This document shows positions 8,490 through 17,918 of a stretch of 64,000 nucleotides of DNA, piece by piece (the stretch's first letter is position 1; the number at the start of each line of letters is the position of its first letter). The notes below the pieces were generated by a model. It ran no database searches, was not told the DNA's origin, and saw only the letters and a program-made list of their open reading frames with translations. Source of the stretch: Candidatus Omnitrophota bacterium (lineage in GTDB: Bacteria; Omnitrophota; Gorgyraeia; Gygaellales; Profunditerraquicolaceae); contig JBAZKL010000002.1 of the NCBI GenBank assembly GCA_041650835.1, forward strand, positions 338,472-402,471, in the 5' to 3' direction. The translations under genes and the position numbers were made by a program.

Positions 8490-9188
8490 ATGAAAAAAAC
8501 AGTAGGGATCATGCTCGTAGTTCTCTGCGCGCTTGGAATTGCTACTTTGGCGTTTGCCGACATTGCCTTAAGTGTCAATGCCGTAGCTGATTCAGGCACT
8601 ACACTGGGAACGCACGCAATGCTCAGATGCACGGGTTATAATTACAATTCCGCCGGAGACCCGTGGACACAATGCACCAATCTTGGCGCTACAACAACGA
8701 TGAGTTTCGGGACCTTGACGCATTCGCTTAAGAATACCGCCGGTCAAACGACAGGAGACGCGGGTTGTTTCTATGGTGATTATTTCTTCATCATATACCT
8801 GTTCCCTGACTGCTGGGGCGGCAAAGGATACGACCTTAAGCAAACCACATCAAGCTTCTCAACCGAGATCAGGAACGCGGTTGTGAGGACTCCCGTATAT
8901 TCCAAAGACGACAAATATTCCGGAGCTGCTGCTCAAGGCGATTTGACCACTGCGGAAAAAGCCTTGAATCCTCAATTAGGAGTCGGCTATCTCGCACGGG
9001 ACTCTGCTGAAGGCAATAACCGGATATTAAAAGCCAAGAGGGCAAGGATCGTTCGCGCGGAATACGGCATTCCTCCGTTCCCGGGCACAGGTCAAACCAG
9101 GCCTACTGGCTGGGCTGCCATAGAAAAAACCACCTTGGCAGGCACCTATTCTGGCAGTGTTACAATTACATTGACAGAATGGCAATAA
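8490..9188 (+). CDS. SCPU-domain (spore coat protein U-like) secreted pilin-like subunit
   Basis: Signal peptide (…ATLAFA/DI), GGGGG-type RBS 9 nt upstream, C-terminal AGTYSGSVTITLTEWQ. The latter matches the G-x-Y-x-D/G-T-V-T-V-T C-terminal strand of archaic chaperone-usher pilins. Confidence 0.55.
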   Translation: MKKTVGIMLVVLCALGIATLAFADIALSVNAVADSGTTLGTHAMLRCTGYNYNSAGDPWTQCTNLGATTTMSFGTLTHSLKNTAGQTTGDAGCFYGDYFFIIYLFPDCWGGKGYDLKQTTSSFSTEIRNAVVRTPVYSKDDKYSGAAAQGDLTTAEKALNPQLGVGYLARDSAEGNNRILKAKRARIVRAEYGIPPFPGTGQTRPTGWAAIEKTTLAGTYSGSVTITLTEWQ

Positions 9189-9318
9189 TATTCTATAATA
9201 TTGCCTAATGGAACGACATGATCAAAAGGTAATAAAGTAATCTAACTTCAGGATACTAAAGGATTTATTCCTTTAGTATCCTGAGGTTTTTTAATTTCTG
9301 ACTAAAGGAGTGTCACGA

Positions 9319-10215
9319 GTGTTAAAGCGGATATTACTGCAATGTTTGGTGCCTGTCGTTACTTGTTGTTTCATAACAACAGCTTATGCTCAAGGGATAT
9401 CTTACAGCCTTGATAAATCTAAAGTCCGGGCGCTCCTGCCACCGGGAGGCTCACAATCAGGGGCCATTAAAGTATACAGCCAGACAAACGACACTTTAAA
9501 ATTTAAAGTTTATTTCGAGGACTGGATTTATGAAAAGATACAAGATGGCGCGAAAGAATTCATGCCGGCCAATACTTCAGCATTCACCTGCGCCACCTGG
9601 ATACAATTTAATCCGGCAGAATTCACCTTGACCCCTTACGGCATTCAAACAGTTAATTATGTTATTGCCGTTCCGGCTGACGCAAAAGGAAGCCACGTAG
9701 GAGTTATGTTCTTTGAAACCAATACGGCAGATAGCGCCGGCATTGAAATAGGCAAATCACAAGAAACCTTACAATCAGGCGTCGGCCTCGATATCCGGAT
9801 CGGCTCCTTATTCTATGTTGATGTTAAAGGAGCGATAAATCGAAGCGCTGAACTAAAGAAATTCTCCGTCACTAAAGATTCCAAAAACAAGAATTTTATC
9901 ATCTCCGCCGATCTGAAGAATACCGGAGATGCCGATATTACGACCGAAAGCACCTATCACATTACGGATAAGCAAGGCATGATTTACGCCCGGGGCAAGT
10001 TTAATCCTGTGTATACTCTGCCGGGAGACGAAGCGGAAATATCTTCTACCTGGAAAGATTCTATCCCCCAAGGGACATATAATATTGTTTTAACCGTCAA
10101 CCTGGGGAAAGCGATTGAGGAAGCAGGACTGGGCCGCGGCCCTATCATGCTCAAAGAAACAGAGATCGAAATCAACTCAAACGGAGAAGTTACAAAGATT
10201 GGAACACTCAGATAG
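9319..10215 (+). CDS. periplasmic PapD-like (Ig-fold) pilus chaperone-like protein
   Basis: GTG start with an AAGGAG RBS, then a signal peptide. The N-terminal stretch YSLDKSKVRALLP…IKVYSQTNDTLKFKVY parallels the PapD N-terminus (SLDRTRAVF…, conserved Arg). Two beta-sandwich-like halves. Confidence 0.45.
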   Translation: MLKRILLQCLVPVVTCCFITTAYAQGISYSLDKSKVRALLPPGGSQSGAIKVYSQTNDTLKFKVYFEDWIYEKIQDGAKEFMPANTSAFTCATWIQFNPAEFTLTPYGIQTVNYVIAVPADAKGSHVGVMFFETNTADSAGIEIGKSQETLQSGVGLDIRIGSLFYVDVKGAINRSAELKKFSVTKDSKNKNFIISADLKNTGDADITTESTYHITDKQGMIYARGKFNPVYTLPGDEAEISSTWKDSIPQGTYNIVLTVNLGKAIEEAGLGRGPIMLKETEIEINSNGEVTKIGTLR

Positions 10216-10234
10216 ACGGCTACCATACACATCA

Positions 10235-13039
10235 ATGCGTAGATTCTTTGTTTTTATCCTCATATCTGTTTTTTTACTCGCGAATTTCTTTCCCGCGTAC
10301 GCATATACCTATTTACCTGATTACCTCTGCCAACTGGGGCTGCAATTTTACCTTGAAGGAAGATACGATGACGCCCTCTATCAATTTAAGAACGCTCTCT
10401 TAGCGCAACCGGATAATCAACTCGCTTTAAAATACATCTCAATCATCCAGGAAGAACAAACCGGACAGCCGCAAGCTCAAGCGCAAATTCCCAGCTCCAC
10501 ATACCAGGGGCAATCAGAAGTTTTAAAGCTGCGCGAAACTCCCGGATTAATTACAAGAACTCCTTCTTCCGGCGTAAACGCCGAGTATAACGGTCTGCCT
10601 CAAGCACCCCAAAAGGGGTACACACCTGAATTTGACGCTTCAAAAGTAAGTACGGAAAAAACCTACGCACCCGGCCTTGTCGTTTTGGATGAGACATTCA
10701 AAGACATCCCTAAACCTATCGAGTTGGAACAAAACCGAAGCATCATTATCAGGGGCAGCAACATTCAAAGATTCTTAGCCACACAGCCCGATATAATCAC
10801 CGTTACCAGAAGCAATGCCGATGAAATAGTAGTAACCGGAAAAGAAGTCGGATATTCATATGTGCATGTTTGGGATAATACTGACCGTTGGACAGTTGAC
10901 TTATTAGGCATATTTCCCAAGCCTGAAGCGCCTACCTTTGAAGAATTACGCAGGCAAGAGGAAGAATTGAACCAAAGCTTTAAATGGTATTATTCCATTG
11001 ATTGGGCATCTTTTGAAACAGGCAGAAGGTTACGAAAAGATGCTTTAAACAGGACATCCTATGCCTGGACCCACAGCCTGGGAGTGACCGGCCAAACACC
11101 GTATGGCTTCTTCGACTCTTCAATGACCGCGCGGTCTAACTCTCTGAATACCGACCTCACCTACTATACCATCGGGTTAACCAACGGCCAATACGGGATC
11201 TTAAAGAATTTTTCTCTGCGCGCCTTTGATTATTCCCTGCCATTCGCGAACCTGGCTTTTTCCGGAGCTCAATTGCGCGGTGTCACCTTTAACACCCCTC
11301 TTTTTAATAAAAAACTCGATTATACCCTGTTCTGGGGAAGAGAAGGAGGCGGACGTTACGGCAATTTATCGCCGAGTTTAAGTAAAACCAAGAACTCTTT
11401 TCTAGAAGGCGCCAATGTCAGCTTTACCCCGACAAAGCATCAAAACTATGCATTTACGGTAGTGCGCGGGCACGGTAGAGACAGGGAAGAAGACTTAAAC
11501 CCCTACGGATATGACCTGTATAACACCTGGAGCTTTGATAAATGGGGGGCACGCTACGAAATCGCCCATGATTCGGAAACTTTTGCCCATGTTCTGGAAA
11601 CTCATCAGAAATGGTCGTTGGCAAACACAAGTATTTCATTCAGGGACGTGGATACTAACTTCAAGAGCATTACCGGAAACGGCTGGGCGCAAGGCCAGAT
11701 CGGTTCCCTCATGAGCATAAATTATCAACCCGATGAATTATGGAATACTTACGCGAGCCTGGATATTTACAGAGAAAGGCTCTACCCTGCAGAAGAAAAA
11801 CCAAAGCGCCTGAACGAAGATCTTAATTTTAACACTACGTACCAAATGAATCCCGATACCAGTTTTAATTTCTCGTATTCCTTTCAAAACGACCTGGGCA
11901 AGTTAGCGCAAAGCCGCTACATTTCGACGAATTTAGGGGTCACGCAAAAAATGTACTTCCTGAAAGATATGTACGGATTCGCTAATTATTACCATCAGAT
12001 CAGCCAGAATTTTTCTTCACCGGCTTCCGACTACGTAAATGACAGGTTCTTCGCGGGTATCCGTTTTAATTTAATCGACGAGCTTTACTTTTACGCAAAT
12101 AAAGAAATAAATTTATTGAAAGAAGATTTCTCGGGCGTACACTATCATCCTCACTCGACTGAAACCGGCGTTGATTACTCAAGTAAGATCGGCAGCTCTC
12201 CTTTTTACGGGAACATGCGATTTTATTACCGTGATGAAGAAGCGGCCGACGCTTCGTTAGGTTTTCTTTCAGGCGAGGATTCGATCGAAGGCCACCTTGA
12301 ACTTACCTACCGGGCCAATGATAACAATGAAATATACGCCGCAACGACAGTACGCAATGTGTGGGCGGATAAAGAAACAGTAGAGAAACGTATTGAAGCG
12401 AATTTTAACGTCGGTATGCGCTGCATGTGGGATACAAACTACCGCTGGGAAACAGTAGGCAATATTGAAGGATACGTATTCAAGGATGAAAACTCCGACG
12501 GCTTAAAACAGAAGAATGAAGCTCCCGTAAGTGAAGCAAAAATATGGCTCGGGAACCAAGACTATACGACGACCGACGTTTTCGGTTATTTCAACTTCAG
12601 GAAGATCAAGGCGCGTAAAGCGTACGTGAGCTTTGATACTTCAAGCTTGCCGCCGGGTTTTGTCTTGACCGTCCCGGTAAACCAGGAAGCAGTTCTTTCA
12701 CAACATCGGATAACTCGAATAGATTTCGGGATCATTTCACGCGCGGAAGTATCGGGGATGGTCTTTGAGGACACCGATAATGACGGGAAATACACGCTTT
12801 CTAAAGATAAAGGAATAACAGGCGCGGTCATTACCCTGGAGAACGGTAAACAATTAACCACCGATAACACAGGTAAATTCTACTTCCCCAATGTCAGCAC
12901 GGGAAAACACACTATCAGCCTCGACCTCAACAGCCTGCCTATCTACTACCTTCCGAAATCAGCGATCACCCATGACTTCGAACTTTTTGAAGGTTCCACC
13001 TATATCTATAATATCCCCATTAAAAGGATCCAGGAGTAG
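10235..13039 (+). CDS. outer-membrane protein: TPR + secretin-N/'pilus formation N-terminal'-like domain + large Tyr/Asn-rich beta-barrel + 2x Cna-B/SdrD-B-like Ig domains; candidate usher analogue
   Basis: Signal peptide MRRFFVFILISVFLLANFFPAYA. TPR (LQFYLEGRYDDALYQFKNALLAQPDN). SIIIRGSNIQRFLATQPDIITVTRSNADEIVVTGKEVGYSYVHVWD resembles the CpaC/RcpA N-domain. Two C-terminal repeats GxVFxDxxNDGKx…TDxxGxFxF. No secretin P.L..IP..G.LF signature. Confidence 0.5.
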   Translation: MRRFFVFILISVFLLANFFPAYAYTYLPDYLCQLGLQFYLEGRYDDALYQFKNALLAQPDNQLALKYISIIQEEQTGQPQAQAQIPSSTYQGQSEVLKLRETPGLITRTPSSGVNAEYNGLPQAPQKGYTPEFDASKVSTEKTYAPGLVVLDETFKDIPKPIELEQNRSIIIRGSNIQRFLATQPDIITVTRSNADEIVVTGKEVGYSYVHVWDNTDRWTVDLLGIFPKPEAPTFEELRRQEEELNQSFKWYYSIDWASFETGRRLRKDALNRTSYAWTHSLGVTGQTPYGFFDSSMTARSNSLNTDLTYYTIGLTNGQYGILKNFSLRAFDYSLPFANLAFSGAQLRGVTFNTPLFNKKLDYTLFWGREGGGRYGNLSPSLSKTKNSFLEGANVSFTPTKHQNYAFTVVRGHGRDREEDLNPYGYDLYNTWSFDKWGARYEIAHDSETFAHVLETHQKWSLANTSISFRDVDTNFKSITGNGWAQGQIGSLMSINYQPDELWNTYASLDIYRERLYPAEEKPKRLNEDLNFNTTYQMNPDTSFNFSYSFQNDLGKLAQSRYISTNLGVTQKMYFLKDMYGFANYYHQISQNFSSPASDYVNDRFFAGIRFNLIDELYFYANKEINLLKEDFSGVHYHPHSTETGVDYSSKIGSSPFYGNMRFYYRDEEAADASLGFLSGEDSIEGHLELTYRANDNNEIYAATTVRNVWADKETVEKRIEANFNVGMRCMWDTNYRWETVGNIEGYVFKDENSDGLKQKNEAPVSEAKIWLGNQDYTTTDVFGYFNFRKIKARKAYVSFDTSSLPPGFVLTVPVNQEAVLSQHRITRIDFGIISRAEVSGMVFEDTDNDGKYTLSKDKGITGAVITLENGKQLTTDNTGKFYFPNVSTGKHTISLDLNSLPIYYLPKSAITHDFELFEGSTYIYNIPIKRIQE

Positions 13040-13052
13040 TCCCCTGAACGCT

Positions 13053-13415
13053 TTATCGGCTGTAAAATGTCTTTACCACAACAATGACTCCGGATATCTC
13101 ATTTGACTGCGTGTCAGCTTTCTTTTCTTGTTGGATCAATTCTGAAGCCTGCTCCTGAACAGGCGCGCTTTCTTTTTGTATCGAAGGTACTTCGGTTGAC
13201 TGCTGTTGCACGCTTTGATTATTCGGCGAAACAACGCCAAAAGAGCCTTGTTGAGGACCTTCCTGGGCTTTTTGAGCATCACTGGCGATCAAAGGCGCGT
13301 TTACTCCGGGAATAGCCGGAATAGTACATGACATGGAAAAAGACGCGTTCTCTGCGTACACAGTCCCCATCAGCATTAAGGATATCAGCCCTGCGATCAT
13401 TAAATTTCTTTTCAT
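13053..13415 (-). CDS. small secreted Gln/Ser-rich protein
   Basis: Signal peptide MKRNLMIAGLISLMLMGTVYA, low-complexity Q-rich middle, C-terminal hydrophobic strand VIVVVKTFY. Confidence 0.4.
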   Translation of the reverse strand: MKRNLMIAGLISLMLMGTVYAENASFSMSCTIPAIPGVNAPLIASDAQKAQEGPQQGSFGVVSPNNQSVQQQSTEVPSIQKESAPVQEQASELIQQEKKADTQSNEISGVIVVVKTFYSR

Positions 13416-13477
13416 CTGGCGCCTCCTCTAGTAATGGACTCATCCGGTTGACCCATATGCCGAACGAATCCGCCCCC

Positions 13478-13738
13478 TCACCGTGGCTGGTGGGATCTAA
13501 TATGGCCCAAAACCTCCAGGATCCTGCTTTCGAAATCTTCTTCTGACCTTAAATTCTGTCCGTCTATATCCAGCTTTTTGGTAAAATCTATCAGCCATGC
13601 GATCAATTTTGCGCGGGATAGCTTTAATCCGGAAGAGAAAAGGGCGTCTTTACCCAGTTTGTCCAGGAAATCAACTTCACCCCGGTTTAGAAACGTAACG
13701 ACCCTTTGATTTTTTTCCTGATACAGGTTGTTTTTCAT
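13478..13738 (-). CDS. hypothetical small cytoplasmic protein (possible DNA-binding)
   Basis: ATG with a GGGGG RBS at the internal Met (MKNNLYQEK…) of track ORF 13478..13777. The upstream part of the track ORF overlaps a terminator. Confidence 0.35.
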   Translation of the reverse strand: MKNNLYQEKNQRVVTFLNRGEVDFLDKLGKDALFSSGLKLSRAKLIAWLIDFTKKLDIDGQNLRSEEDFESRILEVLGHIRSHQPR

Positions 13739-13791
13739 GCTGCCCCCAAATAAAAAACCCCGGCTTGTTTTAGGCAAACGAGGCCAGGGTA

Positions 13792-13824
13792 TAAAAAAAA
13801 ACCCCTAAAGGAATTCTTTAGGGG
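13792..13824 (-). terminator. rho-independent terminator for the 14053..17304 gene
   Basis: cccctaaag-gaattc-tttagggg hairpin followed by a 9-nt T-run on the minus strand. Confidence 0.6.
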
Positions 13825-14052
13825 TTCCTTCTGGCAACGCAGCCCCCCGATTAATTAATCGGGGCTGTCGCTTTGCGCCCCAGCATTACTGCTGGTTTGC
13901 CTTTTACAGTACTCGAAATTGTCAAACCGAACTCGGGCCGATCGCCCTTATCCCTATCTCCAATTAAAATATAACATATATTTACACATATTTCAAGTTT
14001 ACCGCGCTATTATTTTATCAATATCACAATGTGTCATTTTACCCTAAACACT

Positions 14053-17000
14053 TTATTCCAGGTATACATCAAGAGCGGTTATCTGACGGTTACGCACTCC
14101 TTGAGCGTACGCAGCAGGGAGCGTGTCGGAATTGAGAATGACCGGATGAGCCGATTCATCTTTAAAGCTGATCCTTTTAACCGACACACCGCTTTTCCCA
14201 AAAGTATCTTTCTTTTTCTGATTATGATAGGTTACCACGACAGAACTTAAGAAATGGAACATATAAAAACCTTTTTTATCAAATAGCCAGCCGGGCAGCA
14301 CCGGCTTTACTCTTAATTGCAGTTGTCCGTCCTCACCGAGAAAGAAGGGGGTATGCCCTATATTCATGATCAACCACATATTAATGAATTCAACGGTCGA
14401 ACCCGAAAGGCGTGCGACAAATCCATTGCCGTGCAATTTTTTTTCCGGAAAAGCGCTGCTGACAATAAAGGAAGAATTCTCTAAAATGCTTCTTCCGTAA
14501 CACTGAGGGTCTTGGAAAGGGATAAGCACATTCTTAAATTCCTCAAAATATTCTTTATACAAACCGCGCTTTAAAAGCTCAAGGATATATTTATACTCCA
14601 TATGCAGCCATATCGATTCATTTTCCAGCCACCCGGGAGTGAAAATACGGCACCTGCCGATCTCTTCAGGCATATCCATGAGCGACGCGGTAACTTTATA
14701 CATCTTAAGCTTTTTGTCATAGAGCGGGCTCTTTCTTGTCGCCTGATACAACGATTGAGCGCTCAGGCGATCTTCACTGAGCCGCAGCGCGTGCATATGC
14801 CCTTCAAGAAAAAGAGGAAGGGGCTTTTGTCGGAATTTGGTCGCTCGAACATAGGGTTTCTCTAAAGGCTCATACGCGGTGACCTCATTAATAAAATAGG
14901 ACAAATAGGTGCCGGACTTTTTGTCAAACGCTTTGGCAATCCCCAGATCAAGCTTCGTTTGAGCCTTTTTAAGAATAGTGAGTGCTTCCTGAGAGCTCAT
15001 TTCCAGCTCTTTACCGCTCAAACCGGATTTTGTTTTCTCCCGGTACGCCTCTTTCAGCGAATTACTGGCATCCCAATAAGTAAAGTCGCCTTCACTGCCG
15101 CCGGCTATCGACTGATCGATCAATCCTCCAAGTTTAACAAAAAAATCAAGGATATCCTCATCGACCCTGACCGATTGCACACCGGCAGCGGTCATGGCCT
15201 TCATCATAAAAAGCAGCAATCGTTTTAATTCAAATGTCTCGCACAGCGAAGAGCCGAAAAGAGCAGGCAGGCCGTTTAACGCGTCAAACCAGTTAGGTTT
15301 ATTTGCCTCCATAGCAACGCCCACGCCGAAAGGATCCAGGCTCGACATCTTATTAACCATAAGGCAGAACAGCTTATTGATCAATGTCGTTTTATAGACA
15401 TCACCCGTCCCGTATGCAGCGCGGACCACATGCGCCTCAGTTGCCCTCCGCATGATCATATCCTTCTTCTCAAGGTCAAGTGAGACCGAATGAAATTGAC
15501 GCACGCTATCTTTATGCAAAACATATTTCTTATTGCGCGGGTTAACAACTTCGGCATTATCAAAAAAGCTGAATTGCCTGCTTTCAAATACGATCTCCTT
15601 CAACTTCTCGGGGTACACTCCGAGATAACTTTCCAGCAGGTCCAGATTATAGGTCCAATGATCGGTCCAGAAGCCTTCTACGTGTTCAGCTTCCTGGTTT
15701 TTACTGGAGTGGGCCAAAAGGATATTCAAGAACTGGTCATTTGAAACGTTTAACTTGACGCCTTGAGCTTCCAGAAAAAAGACCAATTCTCCCGGGCTAA
15801 AAGGTTGGGTTAAAAAAGAAAGCAAAAGTTCCGTGTCCCGGGCTGACATCAGGCTCAGTAACACATCTTTCAAGACGAGAGGGTCTTTCATCACAAATCT
15901 ATCACCCTTAACCACTAAAGGATTATAACCGTCTGTCTGCAATAAATTAAAGAAAGTAACGATATTTTCTTCCCTAATATTAGGATTAAACCAGACATCG
16001 CAACGCCTGTTCTGGTTCACATCGCGGTAATTACCGTTACCTTGCGAAAAATAGGTCGGCTGGATCGAGAAACGGTTGTAATCCCGCTCTAAGTCTCCAT
16101 GCTTACGGGAATAAAGATAGAAAACCGCGGCGCGATATTCCGGCTTCATAGGCTTACGGGCGAACTGAGGAGAAACAAAAATAGTAGGGTAGCCGCCCCG
16201 CATAATATTATCAAGGTAGGTCTGGCGCACATAAAGATCAAATTCCTTCCGGGCGCTTTTAGTGTTGATATTCACCTCTAATTCTTCTATCGTGCTCTTA
16301 TTCTCTATTTTTTTCTTTTCGAGATATCCTGACGCCGTAATCCTGCCGACAGAAGCATTCAATATACCCAGGTTACGCATATTCCCGGCTACGCAGTGAA
16401 AAGTCTTACCAGCCCCCGCAGGCAATCTGAAAGATAAGGGAATAAAAGCCGAAGGTGTTTTACTGCGCAAGCTCATGACGGCCGCCGGACGGAATTTCCT
16501 ATTATCAACAAAAGCCCGCGGATAAGAAAAATCATTCTCAGTGCCGAAAACAGATTCCGGGTCGACTAAAGGAGTAATGACCTGAGGGGAACCTTTTTCA
16601 TAGTGAAAACCTAAATAAAAATTGCCTTGCTCGATATGGACCACTTCTGGCCTATCGGCAGGATCAACGCTTAATTTATAAAAAGGTACGCCTCGTTTTA
16701 AGTTTTCGACAACCATCCAGGCTTCGATTGTCCGGCTCATTTTCTTTAAAAAGAAATTATTGACGCCGAAAGGGACGACTTGAGGCAGGCCGTCGACAAG
16801 TTCGATCTCTTTGGCTGACCTTGAAAGGTTCGCAACAGTCACATTCCTCACAAGCCCCGCGTAAGAATCTTGAGGGACCGTAAAATAATCCACCGAGATA
16901 CTTAATCCCAAAGTCCTATTGATCTCCTCCAATCTCAAGCCATATGAGGTAATGAACATCTTATTGGACACAAGGTATCGTTCATTAACGAATCCTGGCC

Positions 17001-17304
17001 GGAATGGTTCGTACATCCTGAAGCTATTTTTAGTCATAACTTTCAGAAATGTCCGGAACCCGTGAGTGAATACTGTTTCCCACGCTTTATTTGCAGGCTG
17101 GAATTCAAGTATTGAGTTATCTTTATCTTTAATACCGAAGCTGCAGATCGCCTGGCCGCGATTGACATAAAAGGCCCACATCGGAATGCCATACTTACCC
17201 GCGATGCCGGGGAAGAAATTAGCAAACGGCTTGGCAAGATTATAGTTTTCTATGACAAATTCATGGTCAGCGTTGAGATAATATTTTGGTTTGGCTGCAC
17301 TCAT
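14053..17304 (-). CDS. large (1083 aa) glycoside hydrolase/glycan phosphorylase-like protein, (alpha/alpha)6-barrel type, family unresolved
   Basis: Uninterrupted 3.25-kb ORF with a GGAG RBS. The N-terminal beta-sandwich-like region (YYLNADHEFVIENY…NRGQAICSFG) resembles GH94/GH65-type phosphorylase N-termini. The C-terminal W/H/Y-rich helices (WLENESIWLHMEYKYILELL) resemble the same families. Family call is tentative. Confidence 0.5.
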   Translation of the reverse strand: MSAAKPKYYLNADHEFVIENYNLAKPFANFFPGIAGKYGIPMWAFYVNRGQAICSFGIKDKDNSILEFQPANKAWETVFTHGFRTFLKVMTKNSFRMYEPFRPGFVNERYLVSNKMFITSYGLRLEEINRTLGLSISVDYFTVPQDSYAGLVRNVTVANLSRSAKEIELVDGLPQVVPFGVNNFFLKKMSRTIEAWMVVENLKRGVPFYKLSVDPADRPEVVHIEQGNFYLGFHYEKGSPQVITPLVDPESVFGTENDFSYPRAFVDNRKFRPAAVMSLRSKTPSAFIPLSFRLPAGAGKTFHCVAGNMRNLGILNASVGRITASGYLEKKKIENKSTIEELEVNINTKSARKEFDLYVRQTYLDNIMRGGYPTIFVSPQFARKPMKPEYRAAVFYLYSRKHGDLERDYNRFSIQPTYFSQGNGNYRDVNQNRRCDVWFNPNIREENIVTFFNLLQTDGYNPLVVKGDRFVMKDPLVLKDVLLSLMSARDTELLLSFLTQPFSPGELVFFLEAQGVKLNVSNDQFLNILLAHSSKNQEAEHVEGFWTDHWTYNLDLLESYLGVYPEKLKEIVFESRQFSFFDNAEVVNPRNKKYVLHKDSVRQFHSVSLDLEKKDMIMRRATEAHVVRAAYGTGDVYKTTLINKLFCLMVNKMSSLDPFGVGVAMEANKPNWFDALNGLPALFGSSLCETFELKRLLLFMMKAMTAAGVQSVRVDEDILDFFVKLGGLIDQSIAGGSEGDFTYWDASNSLKEAYREKTKSGLSGKELEMSSQEALTILKKAQTKLDLGIAKAFDKKSGTYLSYFINEVTAYEPLEKPYVRATKFRQKPLPLFLEGHMHALRLSEDRLSAQSLYQATRKSPLYDKKLKMYKVTASLMDMPEEIGRCRIFTPGWLENESIWLHMEYKYILELLKRGLYKEYFEEFKNVLIPFQDPQCYGRSILENSSFIVSSAFPEKKLHGNGFVARLSGSTVEFINMWLIMNIGHTPFFLGEDGQLQLRVKPVLPGWLFDKKGFYMFHFLSSVVVTYHNQKKKDTFGKSGVSVKRISFKDESAHPVILNSDTLPAAYAQGVRNRQITALDVYLE

Positions 17305-17668
17305 TACGGTAAGCTCCTTTTATTAATAGTATTCAATAATGAAATATTTTACCTGTAATAGCGCATTTGTCAACCAATATGACGTGCTTCCGGGAGACAG
17401 TCGGCACTCATGCCTGCTTAAGCATAAACTGGCTTTATTTAAGGCCAGGCATTACCGCAGAAAGAGGCACACCCGCGCAATTCGGCCTCCTGAAAGCGCG
17501 GCATACCCCGCCATTCCAATTAGGCGGGGTGCGCTTAGCGAGGGGATGTTTTCAGTGATCGGTTATCAGGATAGGTTCCCGGTTATCGGGTACTCAGAAG
17601 AAAAGTGTAGGTATACTATCACCGAGAACCGAGAACCGAACACCATATATTCACCATATATTTACCAA

Positions 17669-17697
17669 TTGACACACCATAGAAATAGTGTTATATT
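17669..17697 (+). promoter_or_regulatory. sigma-70-type promoter (TTGACA-N17-TATATT) upstream of rpsU
   Basis: Hexamers at 17669-17674 and 17692-17697; ~55-nt leader to rpsU. Confidence 0.45.
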
Positions 17698-17754
17698 AAT
17701 AAGCTGCAAATTTTCATTTGTCTATAAAATCCAAAAAGAAAGGGGATGATTATA

Positions 17755-17916
17755 GTGCCAGAAATTGAAATTAGAAAAGGAGAGTCGTTTGAATCAGCAA
17801 TGCGCCGTTTTAAGCGTAAAATCGAGCAAGAAGGGATTTTACGTGAAGTGAGAAACCGTAAGCATTACGAAAAACCCAGCGAGAAAAAAAGAAGGAAAGC
17901 AAAACAAAGAATATAA
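17755..17916 (+). CDS. rpsU: 30S ribosomal protein S21
   Basis: [48 protein letters not shown] matches the S21 consensus (…V.V..NE.FE.ALRRFKR…E.R.R..YEKP…). Absent from the ORF track because it is under 60 aa. GTG 17755 (or ATG 17746), AAGGGG RBS. Confidence 0.85.
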   Translation: MPEIEIRKGESFESAMRRFKRKIEQEGILREVRNRKHYEKPSEKKRRKAKQRI

Positions 17917-17918
17917 CG

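Noticed and set aside
17339-17749. 136-aa ORF upstream of rpsU
   Set aside because: It spans the rpsU promoter and leader region, which is full of hairpins and direct repeats (gagaaccgagaaccgaac); no RBS.
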